Positions 9,018 to 18,608 of a stretch of DNA of 64,000 nucleotides are shown piece after piece. The notes under the pieces are model-generated. The model had not been told where the DNA came from, did not search any database, and saw only the letters and a program-made list of their open reading frames with translations. Source of the DNA: Patescibacteria group bacterium (lineage in GTDB: Bacteria; Patescibacteriota; Patescibacteriia; SG8-24; DYFX01); the NCBI GenBank assembly GCA_041659045.1, contig JBAZZB010000002.1, positions 231,412-295,411 on the forward strand, given 5' to 3'. A program made the translations under genes and the position numbers. Each line of letters starts with the position of its first letter. Position 1 is the stretch's first letter.

Positions 9018-9123
9018 TCCTCAGAGGGGACGCCTCGGCTCGTCGTTAACGAACGACGATGTCGAACGCGTCCCCTTCAGCCCCCGGCCAACAAGCATCA
9101 CGCTTGCCAGTCGGGGCCCTGAA
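9018..9123 (+). repeat. Twin-hairpin intergenic RNA motif, copy
   Basis: TCCTCAG, AGGGGACGC...GCGTCCCC, then TTCAGCC...GCCCTGAA. Confidence 0.85.
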
Positions 9124-9144
9124 AAGGCCGCCCGTCCACCGTCC

Positions 9145-9603
9145 ATGACAAGACCGGAGTTCATCATGCCCGCACTGCACCTTATCAACACTGGCCGCCT
9201 CATCGACCTCACCGCGCGCACCAAGAAGCCGCCGGCTGATCTCAACATCGACGGCGTCGAAGTGCTCGGTTGGCCGCTCACCGGAGTGGCCGTGACGCTC
9301 AACAACGAACACGTCGGCACCCTGCACGTTCGGATGCGCGCCTTCTACCACTTCCGCGAGCTGTGCCGCAATCGCGGCGACATCGGGCTCGACGAGAAGC
9401 GCACCGACGTCATCCGCGATCTCATCGCCGCGTTCTCCTACGCCTCGCGCATCCGCTGGGAAAGCTCGTACCGCCGAGACAAGTTCGGTAACCTGATCCT
9501 GATCGACCGCGAGGAGAAGATCATGTTCATCGTCGACGAGGAGCGGAAGCTGCTGCTCGCCGTCTTCGACAAGGACGAGGCCGCGAACGCCGACAACCGC
9601 TAG
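9145..9603 (+). CDS. Hypothetical protein
   Basis: 152 aa ORF with island codon bias. The start may be the downstream ATG after GGAG. Confidence 0.7.
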   Translation: MTRPEFIMPALHLINTGRLIDLTARTKKPPADLNIDGVEVLGWPLTGVAVTLNNEHVGTLHVRMRAFYHFRELCRNRGDIGLDEKRTDVIRDLIAAFSYASRIRWESSYRRDKFGNLILIDREEKIMFIVDEERKLLLAVFDKDEAANADNR

Positions 9604-9618
9604 CTTCCGGAGACCTTC

Positions 9619-9876
9619 ATGACCGACACCCAGCACGCACGCACGCAGTTGCGCTACAGCCCGGATTTCGACATCTGGATCATCAAGTCGTTCGTCATCG
9701 TCACGCTGAGCGTTCTGCTCATGCTGCTCGTGGCCGGCATCGAAGAGGCCAGTCACACGGTGAGCACCGAGCTCAGCCGCTACGAGCCGACGATCGACAT
9801 GGTCATCCCCGCCAACAACGCCCCGTTCCGCGCGAACGGGCCCAACCTCGCCTTCGCAGAAGGAGTACGTCCATGA
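9619..9876 (+). CDS. Small membrane protein
   Basis: GGAG SD and one TM helix. Confidence 0.7.
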   Translation: MTDTQHARTQLRYSPDFDIWIIKSFVIVTLSVLLMLLVAGIEEASHTVSTELSRYEPTIDMVIPANNAPFRANGPNLAFAEGVRP

Positions 9877-10103
9877 AGCAGCAGGTTCTGGCTCCGGACA
9901 CCATCGACAACACCATCCTCCAGTACCTTCACGAGCTGGACGCCCCGTCCACGCTCGATCCGGACGATCCGATCTTCGCCGGCATCGACCTCGAGCAGCC
10001 GCTCGGCATGGTCGAGGTCCACGGCGAAGACACCGATCGGTTCATGCGGCACCTCGGCGGCCTCCTCACCGAGGAAAGCGAGGTGCCGCAGAACGTCCCG
10101 TAA
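9873..10103 (+). CDS. Small acidic hypothetical protein
   Basis: AAGGAG SD, ATGA overlap, D/E-rich. Confidence 0.7.
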   Translation: MKQQVLAPDTIDNTILQYLHELDAPSTLDPDDPIFAGIDLEQPLGMVEVHGEDTDRFMRHLGGLLTEESEVPQNVP

Positions 10104-10119
10104 CTCAGTCAGAACGAAA

Positions 10120-10148
10120 GAGCCAGGCTCCATCATGGAACCTGGCTC
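10120..10148. terminator. Terminator between the island and clpP
   Basis: GAGCCAGG...CCTGGCTC hairpin between convergent genes. Confidence 0.7.
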
Positions 10149-10153
10149 GTATT

Positions 10154-10771
10154 TTATTTCTTGATGATCTTGTCGATCAGGCCGTACTTCCTGGCTTCTT
10201 CCGCCGTCATGAAGTTATCGCGGTCGGTATCCTTCTCGATTTTGGCGAAGGATTGTCCGGTGAAGTTCGCGAGATGGCGGTTGAGATCGTCCTTCATTTT
10301 CAGAATGCGCTCGGCGCGAATCTTAATGTCGGACGCCTGACCTTCGGCGCCGCCCAAGACCTGGTGAATCATGATCTCGGAGTTCGGAAGAGCGAAGCGC
10401 TTGCCCTTGGCGCCGGCGGCAAAGAGGAAGGCACCCATCGAAGCAGCCATGCCGACGCAGATCGTCGAGACGTCCGGCTTGATGATGTTCATCGTATCCA
10501 TGATCGCCATACCCGCCGTGACAGAACCGCCCGGCGAATTGATGTAGAGCTTGATGTCGCGATCCTTGTCTTGGCTTTCAAGGAACAGAAGCTGCGCGAT
10601 GACGATGTTCGCGATGTTGTCATCGATACCATCGCCGAGAAAAATAATTCGGTCGATCAAGAGGCGCGAATAAATATCGTACGCGCGCTCCCCCATCGGC
10701 GTCTTTTCGATCACCGTCGGGATAAGATAGTTGCTCGGCGAAATTGAATTGATCGTGTAGGGATTTTGCAT
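10154..10771 (-). CDS. clpP: ATP-dependent Clp protease proteolytic subunit
   Basis: [25 protein letters not shown] and IMIHQ motifs. Confidence 0.97.
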   Translation of the reverse strand: MQNPYTINSISPSNYLIPTVIEKTPMGERAYDIYSRLLIDRIIFLGDGIDDNIANIVIAQLLFLESQDKDRDIKLYINSPGGSVTAGMAIMDTMNIIKPDVSTICVGMAASMGAFLFAAGAKGKRFALPNSEIMIHQVLGGAEGQASDIKIRAERILKMKDDLNRHLANFTGQSFAKIEKDTDRDNFMTAEEARKYGLIDKIIKK

Positions 10772-10857
10772 ATCGCATTCAGTATATCGCCTGGCGCAAC
10801 CATTGACAAAGGCTCACGCATTTCGTAGGTTTGCGTTGACCTAACAGGAGAAAGACC

Positions 10858-11592
10858 TTGAAGAGTCAGATCGAACTCGTTCCATTTCTGAACGAACTCC
10901 AGGAGAATTTCAAGCTCGTGGCCGACACGACCGTCGAGTTGGTTCCCGACTGGGAGCGCTGCTGGATGGAGGTCGCGCACTACGCGACGGCTCACACCGG
11001 CCGCACGACGATCAGCCACGCTGCGCTGCGCCATGCCGTCGCGTTGACGCTTCTGCATGTCGACGAGCCCATCAGTGACGCCAAGGAGTTCATCCGCACG
11101 TTCCAGGGCCGATCTTCCGAACTGGCGTACAAGTTCTCCGAGATTGTCTCCCGTCGCGCCGGTTTCCTTCCGAACGCGGCCACCTGGCGGCACGGCAAGC
11201 TGCTGCGAGACTTCGCTGGCGAGATCGGCACCTGGTTTGTCAGCGAGTGCTTCCACGGTTTCGCCCGCGAGGACGCAAACCATCCGGAACGTCGCGAGAA
11301 GCGCGAGAATCAGGCATTCGTCTATTCCTGCCTGCGCATGGATCCGTCCGGCACCCAGTTCATGGGGTTCCTGGCCGACTACACGGAGAGCACGAACCAG
11401 CTCGCGCACGTGACCCTCCCGCCCGAGGTCATCGTGGCGGCGATCCAGGGCTTCAAGCGGCTCGAGATGGAAGAGCAGCTCGGCGCGGCCACGGTCGCGC
11501 TCATGCACTACGGCACGCTCCGCACCTATACGAAGCACGACCTGCTCAAGGTCATCACCATGATCGCCGAGATCGAATCCTCGAACGCATAA
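10858..11592 (+). CDS. Hypothetical helical protein, SD-led
   Basis: TTGACA-17-TAGGTT promoter, AGGAG SD, TTG start, own terminator at 11592-11617. Confidence 0.75.
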   Translation: MKSQIELVPFLNELQENFKLVADTTVELVPDWERCWMEVAHYATAHTGRTTISHAALRHAVALTLLHVDEPISDAKEFIRTFQGRSSELAYKFSEIVSRRAGFLPNAATWRHGKLLRDFAGEIGTWFVSECFHGFAREDANHPERREKRENQAFVYSCLRMDPSGTQFMGFLADYTESTNQLAHVTLPPEVIVAAIQGFKRLEMEEQLGAATVALMHYGTLRTYTKHDLLKVITMIAEIESSNA

Positions 11593-11648
11593 GCCACCGA
11601 CGCACGGTGGCTTTTTTAATTTTAACGAGCGGCACCTTGCCCCCCCCA

Positions 11649-11760
11649 TGTCATCCCCGTCGCCCCCATGTCATCCCCGCCTGCGCGGGGATGACATGAG
11701 GAGGTATGAAGATGGCATATGTATACAGAAACAAAAATTCCAGCTTTCGCTGGAATGACA
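11649..11760. repeat. REP-like GTCATCCCCGC/GGAATGAC palindromes
   Basis: Tandem ATGTCATCCCCG copies, a GTCATCCCCGC...GCGGGGATGAC hairpin and ATTCCAGCTTTCGCTGGAATGAC. Confidence 0.7.
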
Positions 11761-11790
11761 TATCTAGGTAACGGCACGCAAGCACCCCGA

Positions 11791-12795
11791 TTAAATCGCC
11801 GGGAGTTCGAATTGCGGTCCGAGGTCGCTTTGCTGGACGACCCAGCCGTCGGGACGTTCGACGATCGCGCCGTCGACAAGAAAACCAGCGGCTTTGCGAT
11901 GTCCTCCCCCACCATACGCTTTCGCGAGTTCAGCGACGTCCGTTTCTGTCGCGCTGCGATAACTTCCTTTCACGCGTTTCTTTTCCATCTCTTTGAGCAC
12001 CAGCACCACATCGGCTTGCAAAAGATGATTCAAAAAATTCGAGAGGCCTTCCAGGTATTCATCATCGACAGGATGATCTTCAAAATCTTCGCGGAAAAGC
12101 GCGGTCGAAGCGAGTTTGGTTTCCGGATTCCAGCGCAAACGCTCAAGCGCACGTCCCCAAAGCTTCAGGGCATCGAACGGCTTGTTGCGCATGAGTCGAC
12201 GCGTGATGTCTCGAATCGAAACGCCTTTCAAAAGAAGTTCGGAGGCGATCTCGAGACTCTTCACGGTCGTAGCCGGGTTCGAAAAATTTGAGGTGTCGGT
12301 CAAAAGACCCGTCATGAGGCATGTCGCCATCGATCGCGAAATTTCGATGTGGTTGTCGTCAAAAAATTCATGTACCACTTCCGCAGTAGACGAAGCTTTC
12401 GTCATCACGAGGTTTCCGTCGCCGAAGAGTGTGTTCGTGATGTGGTGATCGAAGTCGGCGATATACGGGCGCTTCGGCATCGCGCTCACAAACGCCTCAA
12501 TGCCGGCGTACTTCAAGTCCCCCGCGTCGAACACACAGATCATATCGATGTCTTCCTCTGCAAAAATGTTCGGATCTGTCTGCACGTCGCGGATACGCGG
12601 AAAATAGGCGTAGGCCGAGGCGGGTTCGTCGACACAAAAGGCGTGTGCAACACGCCCGTGATCGCGAATCCAATTATAGACAGCCATCATGGCACCAAGC
12701 GTGTCGCCATCCGGTTTGCGGTGCGCAACAAGAATCGGCTTCCGTGCGGCGGAAAGCTTCTGGAAAATCTGTTGTGACGTGGCGCGGTGCGGCAT
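11791..12795 (-). CDS. nrnA: DHH/DHHA1 phosphoesterase (NrnA-like)
   Basis: HRKPDGD, DHH, TDT and GGGGH motifs. Confidence 0.9.
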   Translation of the reverse strand: MPHRATSQQIFQKLSAARKPILVAHRKPDGDTLGAMMAVYNWIRDHGRVAHAFCVDEPASAYAYFPRIRDVQTDPNIFAEEDIDMICVFDAGDLKYAGIEAFVSAMPKRPYIADFDHHITNTLFGDGNLVMTKASSTAEVVHEFFDDNHIEISRSMATCLMTGLLTDTSNFSNPATTVKSLEIASELLLKGVSIRDITRRLMRNKPFDALKLWGRALERLRWNPETKLASTALFREDFEDHPVDDEYLEGLSNFLNHLLQADVVLVLKEMEKKRVKGSYRSATETDVAELAKAYGGGGHRKAAGFLVDGAIVERPDGWVVQQSDLGPQFELPAI

Positions 12796-12848
12796 AGGTA
12801 CGGCCAATGAGCATACGGAAAATAAAAAAACCCGTCAAGATGACGGGG

Positions 12849-13532
12849 TCAGGCGACATGGATGCGGATCCCGCCGCGACCAAGGCCGAAAGTGGCGTGA
12901 CTGAACCGGGCACGCACGACCATGGTGCCGAAGAGCAACTCAACGCCTTCTTCAGAGAACGACGTCCATATCTCGCGGAAGAAGGCGTGATCCTCTTCGC
13001 GCAAGGCCTGTTGAAGCGGCGGATCATGCCCCGCGGGCGAACGAGGCGTCTTCGGATGTTTGAAGATGCTCTCAAGCATCCGCAACAATCCCTCTTCGGG
13101 TATGCCTGCAGCATCGATCAGACTGCGCATGACCGCGAGCTGCGGCGTCGTATCCAGCTCCGGCGGAGCGTTGCCGTTCGCCGTTGTGAGCTCGTCGTGC
13201 TTTCGGAGCAGCGACTCGCTTCCCATCGGGGAGAACCCCGCATGATACGGCCAAGCATCGAGCGTGCAGGCATCGCCGGCGACATCGAACTCCTTCTTCA
13301 GCTCGAGCATCTCCGCGCGCATCATCGTCTCGACCGAGCTGGTGTAGAACGGCAGCGTCGGACCGCCAGGAACGATCGCCGTGCGGCGAGCGCGCGGATG
13401 AAGGGCACGGATAGCGTCGTGAAAGACCCGCAGCATCCTGAAACCGGTATCGAGCACGCGCTCGAAGTCGTACACCGGCCCTTCGGCCGCGACCACACCC
13501 GGAAAATCCGTCGGCGTGATGAAGCGGATCAT
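12849..13532 (-). CDS. Hypothetical protein, SD-led
   Basis: ATGA overlap with the upstream orphan, GAGGAGG upstream. Confidence 0.7.
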   Translation of the reverse strand: MIRFITPTDFPGVVAAEGPVYDFERVLDTGFRMLRVFHDAIRALHPRARRTAIVPGGPTLPFYTSSVETMMRAEMLELKKEFDVAGDACTLDAWPYHAGFSPMGSESLLRKHDELTTANGNAPPELDTTPQLAVMRSLIDAAGIPEEGLLRMLESIFKHPKTPRSPAGHDPPLQQALREEDHAFFREIWTSFSEEGVELLFGTMVVRARFSHATFGLGRGGIRIHVA

Positions 13533-14170
13533 TCTTCTTCCTCCTCTCCATCACGATCGACTTCGTGCAAGTAGCGCGAGATCTTGATCGGACCGACACC
13601 CTTGCCGAACGTCTCGTGTGGGAAGCGCACTTGCACCGCCTGGTCCCGATCGTTGGGCTGGTAGGCGTCCCAGGTAATGCCGCGCGGCAGAAAGCCTTCG
13701 AGCACTTGGCGCAGAAAGTTGTACTGAGGCTCATCAAACGGGTCGGTCATGCCGTCGCGCATCATGACGTACAGCACCGGCGTCGGATCAAGTTCGTCCC
13801 AGTTGAGGTCGTAGTCCGTCAGGCAATTGATCATCGGCCCGTTCAGGCTGTCATGCCCAAGCAGGTAGAGATCGATCATAAACGGACCAAAGTACACCGA
13901 GCAGCAGAGTGGAACCGCGTCGAACCGCGTGATCTTGCAATCATCGTAGATGTAATCGATCGCGGCGTAGCTCTCGTCCCCAAACGGGTGCTCCCCATCT
14001 TCAAACGCAAAGGCGTAGGTGGGAGGCTCGCTGTTCGGGAAACGCATCATGGCGCGCTGGTAGAGCGTCCGAAGGATGGCAAACGCCACTTCGATAACCT
14101 TCGGCAGATCGAACTTCGGGCCGTCGGCAATGACCGTGTCATTGTCGAGTTCGCGGAGCTTCTTCAGCAT
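13529..14170 (-). CDS. Hypothetical acidic protein, SD-led
   Basis: AAGGAG SD before ATG 14170. Confidence 0.7.
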   Translation of the reverse strand: MLKKLRELDNDTVIADGPKFDLPKVIEVAFAILRTLYQRAMMRFPNSEPPTYAFAFEDGEHPFGDESYAAIDYIYDDCKITRFDAVPLCCSVYFGPFMIDLYLLGHDSLNGPMINCLTDYDLNWDELDPTPVLYVMMRDGMTDPFDEPQYNFLRQVLEGFLPRGITWDAYQPNDRDQAVQVRFPHETFGKGVGPIKISRYLHEVDRDGEEEEE

Positions 14171-14270
14171 GATCACTCCTTTGTCTAAGGTGCCGCGTCC
14201 AGCATCGTCTCCTCCGCTTGAAACGTCAAGAGATTACAGGTACTTTAAGGAGGTAATAGCCGCTTTCCCC

Positions 14271-16577
14271 ATGTATCTCCAGCGCATCGAAATGCAGGGT
14301 TTCAAGACGTTCGCCAACCGCACGGTTTTGGAATTCCTCCCCCCGAAAGAAGGCAACCGCGGCACAACCGCGATCGTCGGCCCGAACGGCTCCGGTAAGT
14401 CGAATATCGCTGACGCTGTCCGTTGGGTGCTGGGCGAGCAATCGCTCAAGCTCCTGCGCGGTAAAAAATCGGAAGACGTCATTTTTAGCGGCTCCGAAAA
14501 ACGCTCGCGCTCCGGGTTCGCCGAAGTCTCCTTGGCACTCAACAACGAAGCGGGCGGCAACGATATTGAATATCCGGAAGTTGTCATCACGCGCCGTATC
14601 TACCGCGACGGCGAATCGGAATACCTCATCAACAAGAACAAGGTGAAGCTGCAGGAAGTCATCCTGCTTCTTGCACGCGCCAACTTCGGACAGCGCACCT
14701 ACTCCGTCATCGGCCAAGGCATGATCGATGCGATCCTCGTCGCTTCGCCGAAAGAGCGCAAGGAGTTTTTCGATGAAGCTGCGGGCGTGAAGCAGTATCA
14801 ACTCAAGCGCGAATCCGCCGTCCGCAAGCTCGATGCTTCGGAAGAAAACTTGAAGCAGGCCGAACTCATCCTCGCCGAAATCGAACCGCGCATGCGTTCG
14901 CTCTCGCGCCAGGTCCGCCGCTTGGAAGAGCGCGCCAATCTTGAAAAAGAATTGCAGGAACTTTCAATCCTCTACTTCGGCACGCAGTGGAAACAGATTA
15001 GGGAAGAGATGGCCGCAATCGACGCCAAAACGAAGCTCGTCGAAGAAAGCCGCAAAGCCAAGGAAAAGGAAATCGAAGCCATCCGCGCCGAGCTCGCCGG
15101 CATGGAAACAGAAGAAACGAAATCCGACGGCTTGATCGCACTCCAGAAGGACTACGAGAAAGAGATGGAAAAGCGCAACAGTTTGCGCGAGAAAGAAATC
15201 CAGCTCAAGAACCAAATTCGGATGGAGCAGATGAAGGCACAGGCGGCCAACGCACCGGCGCTGCCCATGCCACTCCCCCGCATCGTCGAAGAAGTTTCCT
15301 CGATCTCAAAGCGTCACGACGAACTTGTCGCCTCGATCATGGGCGCGAAAACGCTCGAGCAGGCGCAGCAAGCGGCGCGCGAACTTGAAAAGCTCGGCAA
15401 GCAAATTGAAGAACTGCTCTCGGAACTCCGCGAACCCGGCCACAAGGAAAAGCAGGAAAAGAAGGAACCAACGGTTCCGGTTGCGATGCAAAAGGAGCTC
15501 GAGGAAACGCTCGTCGCCATCTCCGAAATGGGTAAAACGCTGACGGACCTTCAAGGCCAAATGCAGCGTTGGGGCCAGGAAGAGGCCAAAAAGCGTGGTG
15601 CCTTCTTCGAGATTCAGCGCAAGATGCAAGGCTTCCAGTCAGAACTCTTCGAACTCGACCGTCACCTCTCCGACCACCGTGTCGAACGCGCGCGCATCGA
15701 AACCCGCCGCGAAACCATCGAGCGCGAAGCGCGCGAAATGATGGGTGAGGAAGCTCAAGCCGCGCTTGCCGCCGAACCGAAAGAGAAGGTCGACGCATTA
15801 ACTCTCTCCCCTCGCCTCCACCAACTCCGCACGCAAGTCGCCGCGATCGGCTCGATCGATCAAGCCGTCGTCGACGAATATAAGGAGATCAAAGAACGCT
15901 TCGACTTCCTCTCCGGACAAGTCGAAGACCTGCACAAAACGAAAGCTTCTCTTGTGGTGATGATCGAAGAGCTCGACATTCTGATCAAGAAACAATCGGA
16001 CGCATCGTTCCGTCGCATCAACCAGCACTTCGGAGAATTCTTCAAACAACTCTTCGACGGCGGCACCGCTTCGCTTGAGAAAATCGAGCGCGAAGAGGAT
16101 GAAGATGAAGTCGCCGATGCCGAAAAAGCGGCCGCCGCGGAAGCTGCAGGCGTCGAAGAGGAAGAAAAGAAGGAGGCCGTCTCCGCCGTGCCGAAAGAGT
16201 CCTGGCTCGGTCTCGAAATTTACGCGAACCCTCCGGGCAAGCGCGTGAAGTCGATCCATTCACTCTCCGGCGGCGAGCGCGCCATGACATCGATCGCGCT
16301 TATCTGCGCCATCATGACGACGAACCCTTCGCCCTTCGTAGTGCTCGACGAAGTCGACGCCGCGCTCGACGAATCGAACGCCTCGCGCTTCGCTGCGATC
16401 ATCGACGAACTCTCTCACAAGACGCAGTTCCTCGTGATCACGCACAACCGCTACACGATGCAGAAGTCGCAAGTGCTCTACGGCGTCACTATGGGTGAAG
16501 ATTCAACATCGAGCGTTCTCTCGCTCCAGCTCGAAGACGCGGAACGCATTCGCGGACAGAAAACCGTAACGGTGTAA
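14271..16577 (+). CDS. smc: SMC-family chromosome segregation ATPase, short form
   Basis: GPNGSGKSN Walker A, GQG Q-loop, LSGGE and LDEVDAALD. Start MYLQRIE at 14271. Confidence 0.93.
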   Translation: MYLQRIEMQGFKTFANRTVLEFLPPKEGNRGTTAIVGPNGSGKSNIADAVRWVLGEQSLKLLRGKKSEDVIFSGSEKRSRSGFAEVSLALNNEAGGNDIEYPEVVITRRIYRDGESEYLINKNKVKLQEVILLLARANFGQRTYSVIGQGMIDAILVASPKERKEFFDEAAGVKQYQLKRESAVRKLDASEENLKQAELILAEIEPRMRSLSRQVRRLEERANLEKELQELSILYFGTQWKQIREEMAAIDAKTKLVEESRKAKEKEIEAIRAELAGMETEETKSDGLIALQKDYEKEMEKRNSLREKEIQLKNQIRMEQMKAQAANAPALPMPLPRIVEEVSSISKRHDELVASIMGAKTLEQAQQAARELEKLGKQIEELLSELREPGHKEKQEKKEPTVPVAMQKELEETLVAISEMGKTLTDLQGQMQRWGQEEAKKRGAFFEIQRKMQGFQSELFELDRHLSDHRVERARIETRRETIEREAREMMGEEAQAALAAEPKEKVDALTLSPRLHQLRTQVAAIGSIDQAVVDEYKEIKERFDFLSGQVEDLHKTKASLVVMIEELDILIKKQSDASFRRINQHFGEFFKQLFDGGTASLEKIEREEDEDEVADAEKAAAAEAAGVEEEEKKEAVSAVPKESWLGLEIYANPPGKRVKSIHSLSGGERAMTSIALICAIMTTNPSPFVVLDEVDAALDESNASRFAAIIDELSHKTQFLVITHNRYTMQKSQVLYGVTMGEDSTSSVLSLQLEDAERIRGQKTVTV

Positions 16578-16613
16578 AAGAAAAAGGCCCCGATCACATC
16601 GGGGTCTTTGCGT

Positions 16614-17006
16614 TTAGCGGTACGGATACGCCGGGAGGCCGGTGCCGCTTTGATGCGCGAGCTTGAGCTTCAAGAGCGGCATGGCATCGTCGAAAGAACC
16701 CAGGTGCGGCAACTCCACGCCGAGAAGCTTGGCATCCGGTTGCGCGGAGAGCTGCCCGCAGCCGTCGCAGACATACGCCGGCGAATACCAGGAACAGCCA
16801 CGCGCGTCAGCAACGTCCTTGACCAGCTCCCACAGCGTGAGAAGTCGGCGTCCACAGCATCGATACTCAACGTGCGCCGAGCTTTCCGTGGCGACAGCCA
16901 CCAAGCCGGCATTGCTGGCGCGGGCTTCGTCGACAGACACGTGATCGAGCTCCAACACGCGCAGCCCGGACGCTTCCAGCATGCGGGCAATTCTTGTCTC
17001 TGACAT
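16614..17006 (-). CDS. Zn-ribbon-like orphan ending in PYR
   Basis: AAGGAGG SD, CCGR and CDGCG motifs, C-terminus PAYPYR. Confidence 0.75.
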   Translation of the reverse strand: MSETRIARMLEASGLRVLELDHVSVDEARASNAGLVAVATESSAHVEYRCCGRRLLTLWELVKDVADARGCSWYSPAYVCDGCGQLSAQPDAKLLGVELPHLGSFDDAMPLLKLKLAHQSGTGLPAYPYR

Positions 17007-17104
17007 AAAGACCTCCTTCATTGAGCCGACGTTAGCATTGGCTGCTGAGCTTGTCCAAAAAAATTCGGAAATAAAACGACGGCCCGAGAGGGTCGTCTTT
17101 GCGT

Positions 17105-17221
17105 TTAGCGATACGGGTCCACCCGAAGATCGATGCCGCTACGATGCGCACGCTTGAAGAGCAGACGTACGGTATCGCTGTCGTCCTTCCAGCCGGCGAC
17201 GGCTTTGAGGAACTCGCGGGC
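17105..17221 (-). pseudogene. 3' remnant of a PYR-ending gene
   Basis: Start-less frame AREFLKAVAGWKDDSDTVRLLFKRAHRSGIDLRVDPYR*, followed by the same 3' module as its neighbours. Confidence 0.6.
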
Positions 17222-17299
17222 TCACCAAGAATTGACACGCGAACGTTTTTCTGCCAGACTCCCACGTTCGCATCCCAGACCTTTCTCCGGAGGAAACTG

Positions 17300-17695
17300 A
17301 TGAAGATCGTGACCGTGACCCGCACAGAATTCGAAGGCCAGCCCGAAGGCTTCCGCTCCTTCTTCCACGGCACCCTGCCAGACGGCCGTCATGCCGTCGT
17401 GCTCCTCTCCAAAGATGCACGTGCCTACGGCGATCTGGAGCGCGCGTCATACTATCGGGTCTACGTCGGCACGCCCGAGCAACTCGACGAGATCACCGTC
17501 ACGCATGCCCTCACGTACCGCGGCAAGTCCGTGATGCTGCACTGCGGCATCGAACGACGGTTGTGTGTCCCCTTGGTGCGTGCCGCGGACGATCCGTTGC
17601 CTGATCCCAACAGCCCGAATGCCGCGCGTCTCGAGCGGGATCCGATCCAAGTCCTCAAGACCGCCGTCTTTCCGCCCGTTCCCGATCAGAAATGA
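17300..17695 (+). CDS. Hypothetical protein, SD-led
   Basis: TTGACA promoter at 17232, GGAGG SD, own terminator. Confidence 0.7.
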   Translation: MKIVTVTRTEFEGQPEGFRSFFHGTLPDGRHAVVLLSKDARAYGDLERASYYRVYVGTPEQLDEITVTHALTYRGKSVMLHCGIERRLCVPLVRAADDPLPDPNSPNAARLERDPIQVLKTAVFPPVPDQK

Positions 17696-17751
17696 AACCG
17701 CCCACCGCTTTGCGCGGAGGGCGGCTTTTACATTTCGGAAATCCGATCAGA

Positions 17752-18519
17752 CTATTCCTTTCCGCCTTTGTTCCAACCGCTGAAGGCCTTGAGGATCTCA
17801 AGCGGAACCGTGAACACGACGGTGTTCGAAGCGTCCGACGAGATGTCGTTGATCGAGTTCAGCGTGCGCAGATGGAGCGCGCCGGGTGTCTCGCCGAGGA
17901 GGCGCGCAGCGTTCGCCAGGTTTTGCGCGGCGGCGACTTCGCCTTCCGAGTTGATGATGACGGCGCGGCGTTCACGCTCGGCTTCAGCTTGCTTGGCGAT
18001 CGTACGGACCATGTCGGTCGGCAGGTTGATATCCTTGAGTTCAACCGTCGTGACTTCGACGCCCCAGCCGCTCGTGGCGTGATCGACGATCTTCTCAATC
18101 TTCTCCGAGATGACCATGCGCTGCGAGAGGAGTTCGTCGAGCGTCACTTCGCCGACAATGTTGCGCATCGTGGTTTGCGCGAGCTGGAGCACGGCGTAGT
18201 CGACGTTCTGGATGTCGATCACCGCTTTGGCCGGATCGCTGATCTTGTAGTAAATGACGGCGTTCACCTTGGCCGAGACGTTGTCCTTCGTGATCGCGTC
18301 CTGCGGCGGGACGTCGACGGCGCGCAGACGCATGTCGACTTTGGTCATCGACTGGAACACCGGGATCACAAGACGCCAACCTGGTTCAGCAACATTCGAA
18401 AAGCGCCCCATCGTGAAACGGACACCGCGCTGGTACTGGTTGATCTGCCGAAGACATGCGAGCAAGAGACCGATGATGACGATGAGCGGGAATCCTCCGC
18501 CCAAAAGAAGGTCAATCAT
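17752..18519 (-). CDS. SPFH/slipin (stomatin-like) protein
   Basis: QDAITKDNV, AQTTMRNIVG and KQAEAERERRA motifs. Confidence 0.93.
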   Translation of the reverse strand: MIDLLLGGGFPLIVIIGLLLACLRQINQYQRGVRFTMGRFSNVAEPGWRLVIPVFQSMTKVDMRLRAVDVPPQDAITKDNVSAKVNAVIYYKISDPAKAVIDIQNVDYAVLQLAQTTMRNIVGEVTLDELLSQRMVISEKIEKIVDHATSGWGVEVTTVELKDINLPTDMVRTIAKQAEAERERRAVIINSEGEVAAAQNLANAARLLGETPGALHLRTLNSINDISSDASNTVVFTVPLEILKAFSGWNKGGKE

Positions 18520-18608
18520 ATGTGTAGACGTGAAGGAATAACGATGCCGCGAGGATAACACGCAGCCGTGGAAAATAAAACGACGACCTCGCGGGGTCGT
18601 CTTTGCGT

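Noticed and set aside
4376-9123. Integron attC cassette array
   Set aside because: The repeats lack RYYYAAC/GTTRRRY ends, and the only tyrosine recombinase is a Xer-type enzyme 28 kb away without the IntI insertion.
5466-9123. Hammerhead ribozyme or CRISPR repeats
   Set aside because: CTGAA is base-paired and not followed by the CUGANGA/GAAA core. The spacing is gene-sized and no cas genes are present.
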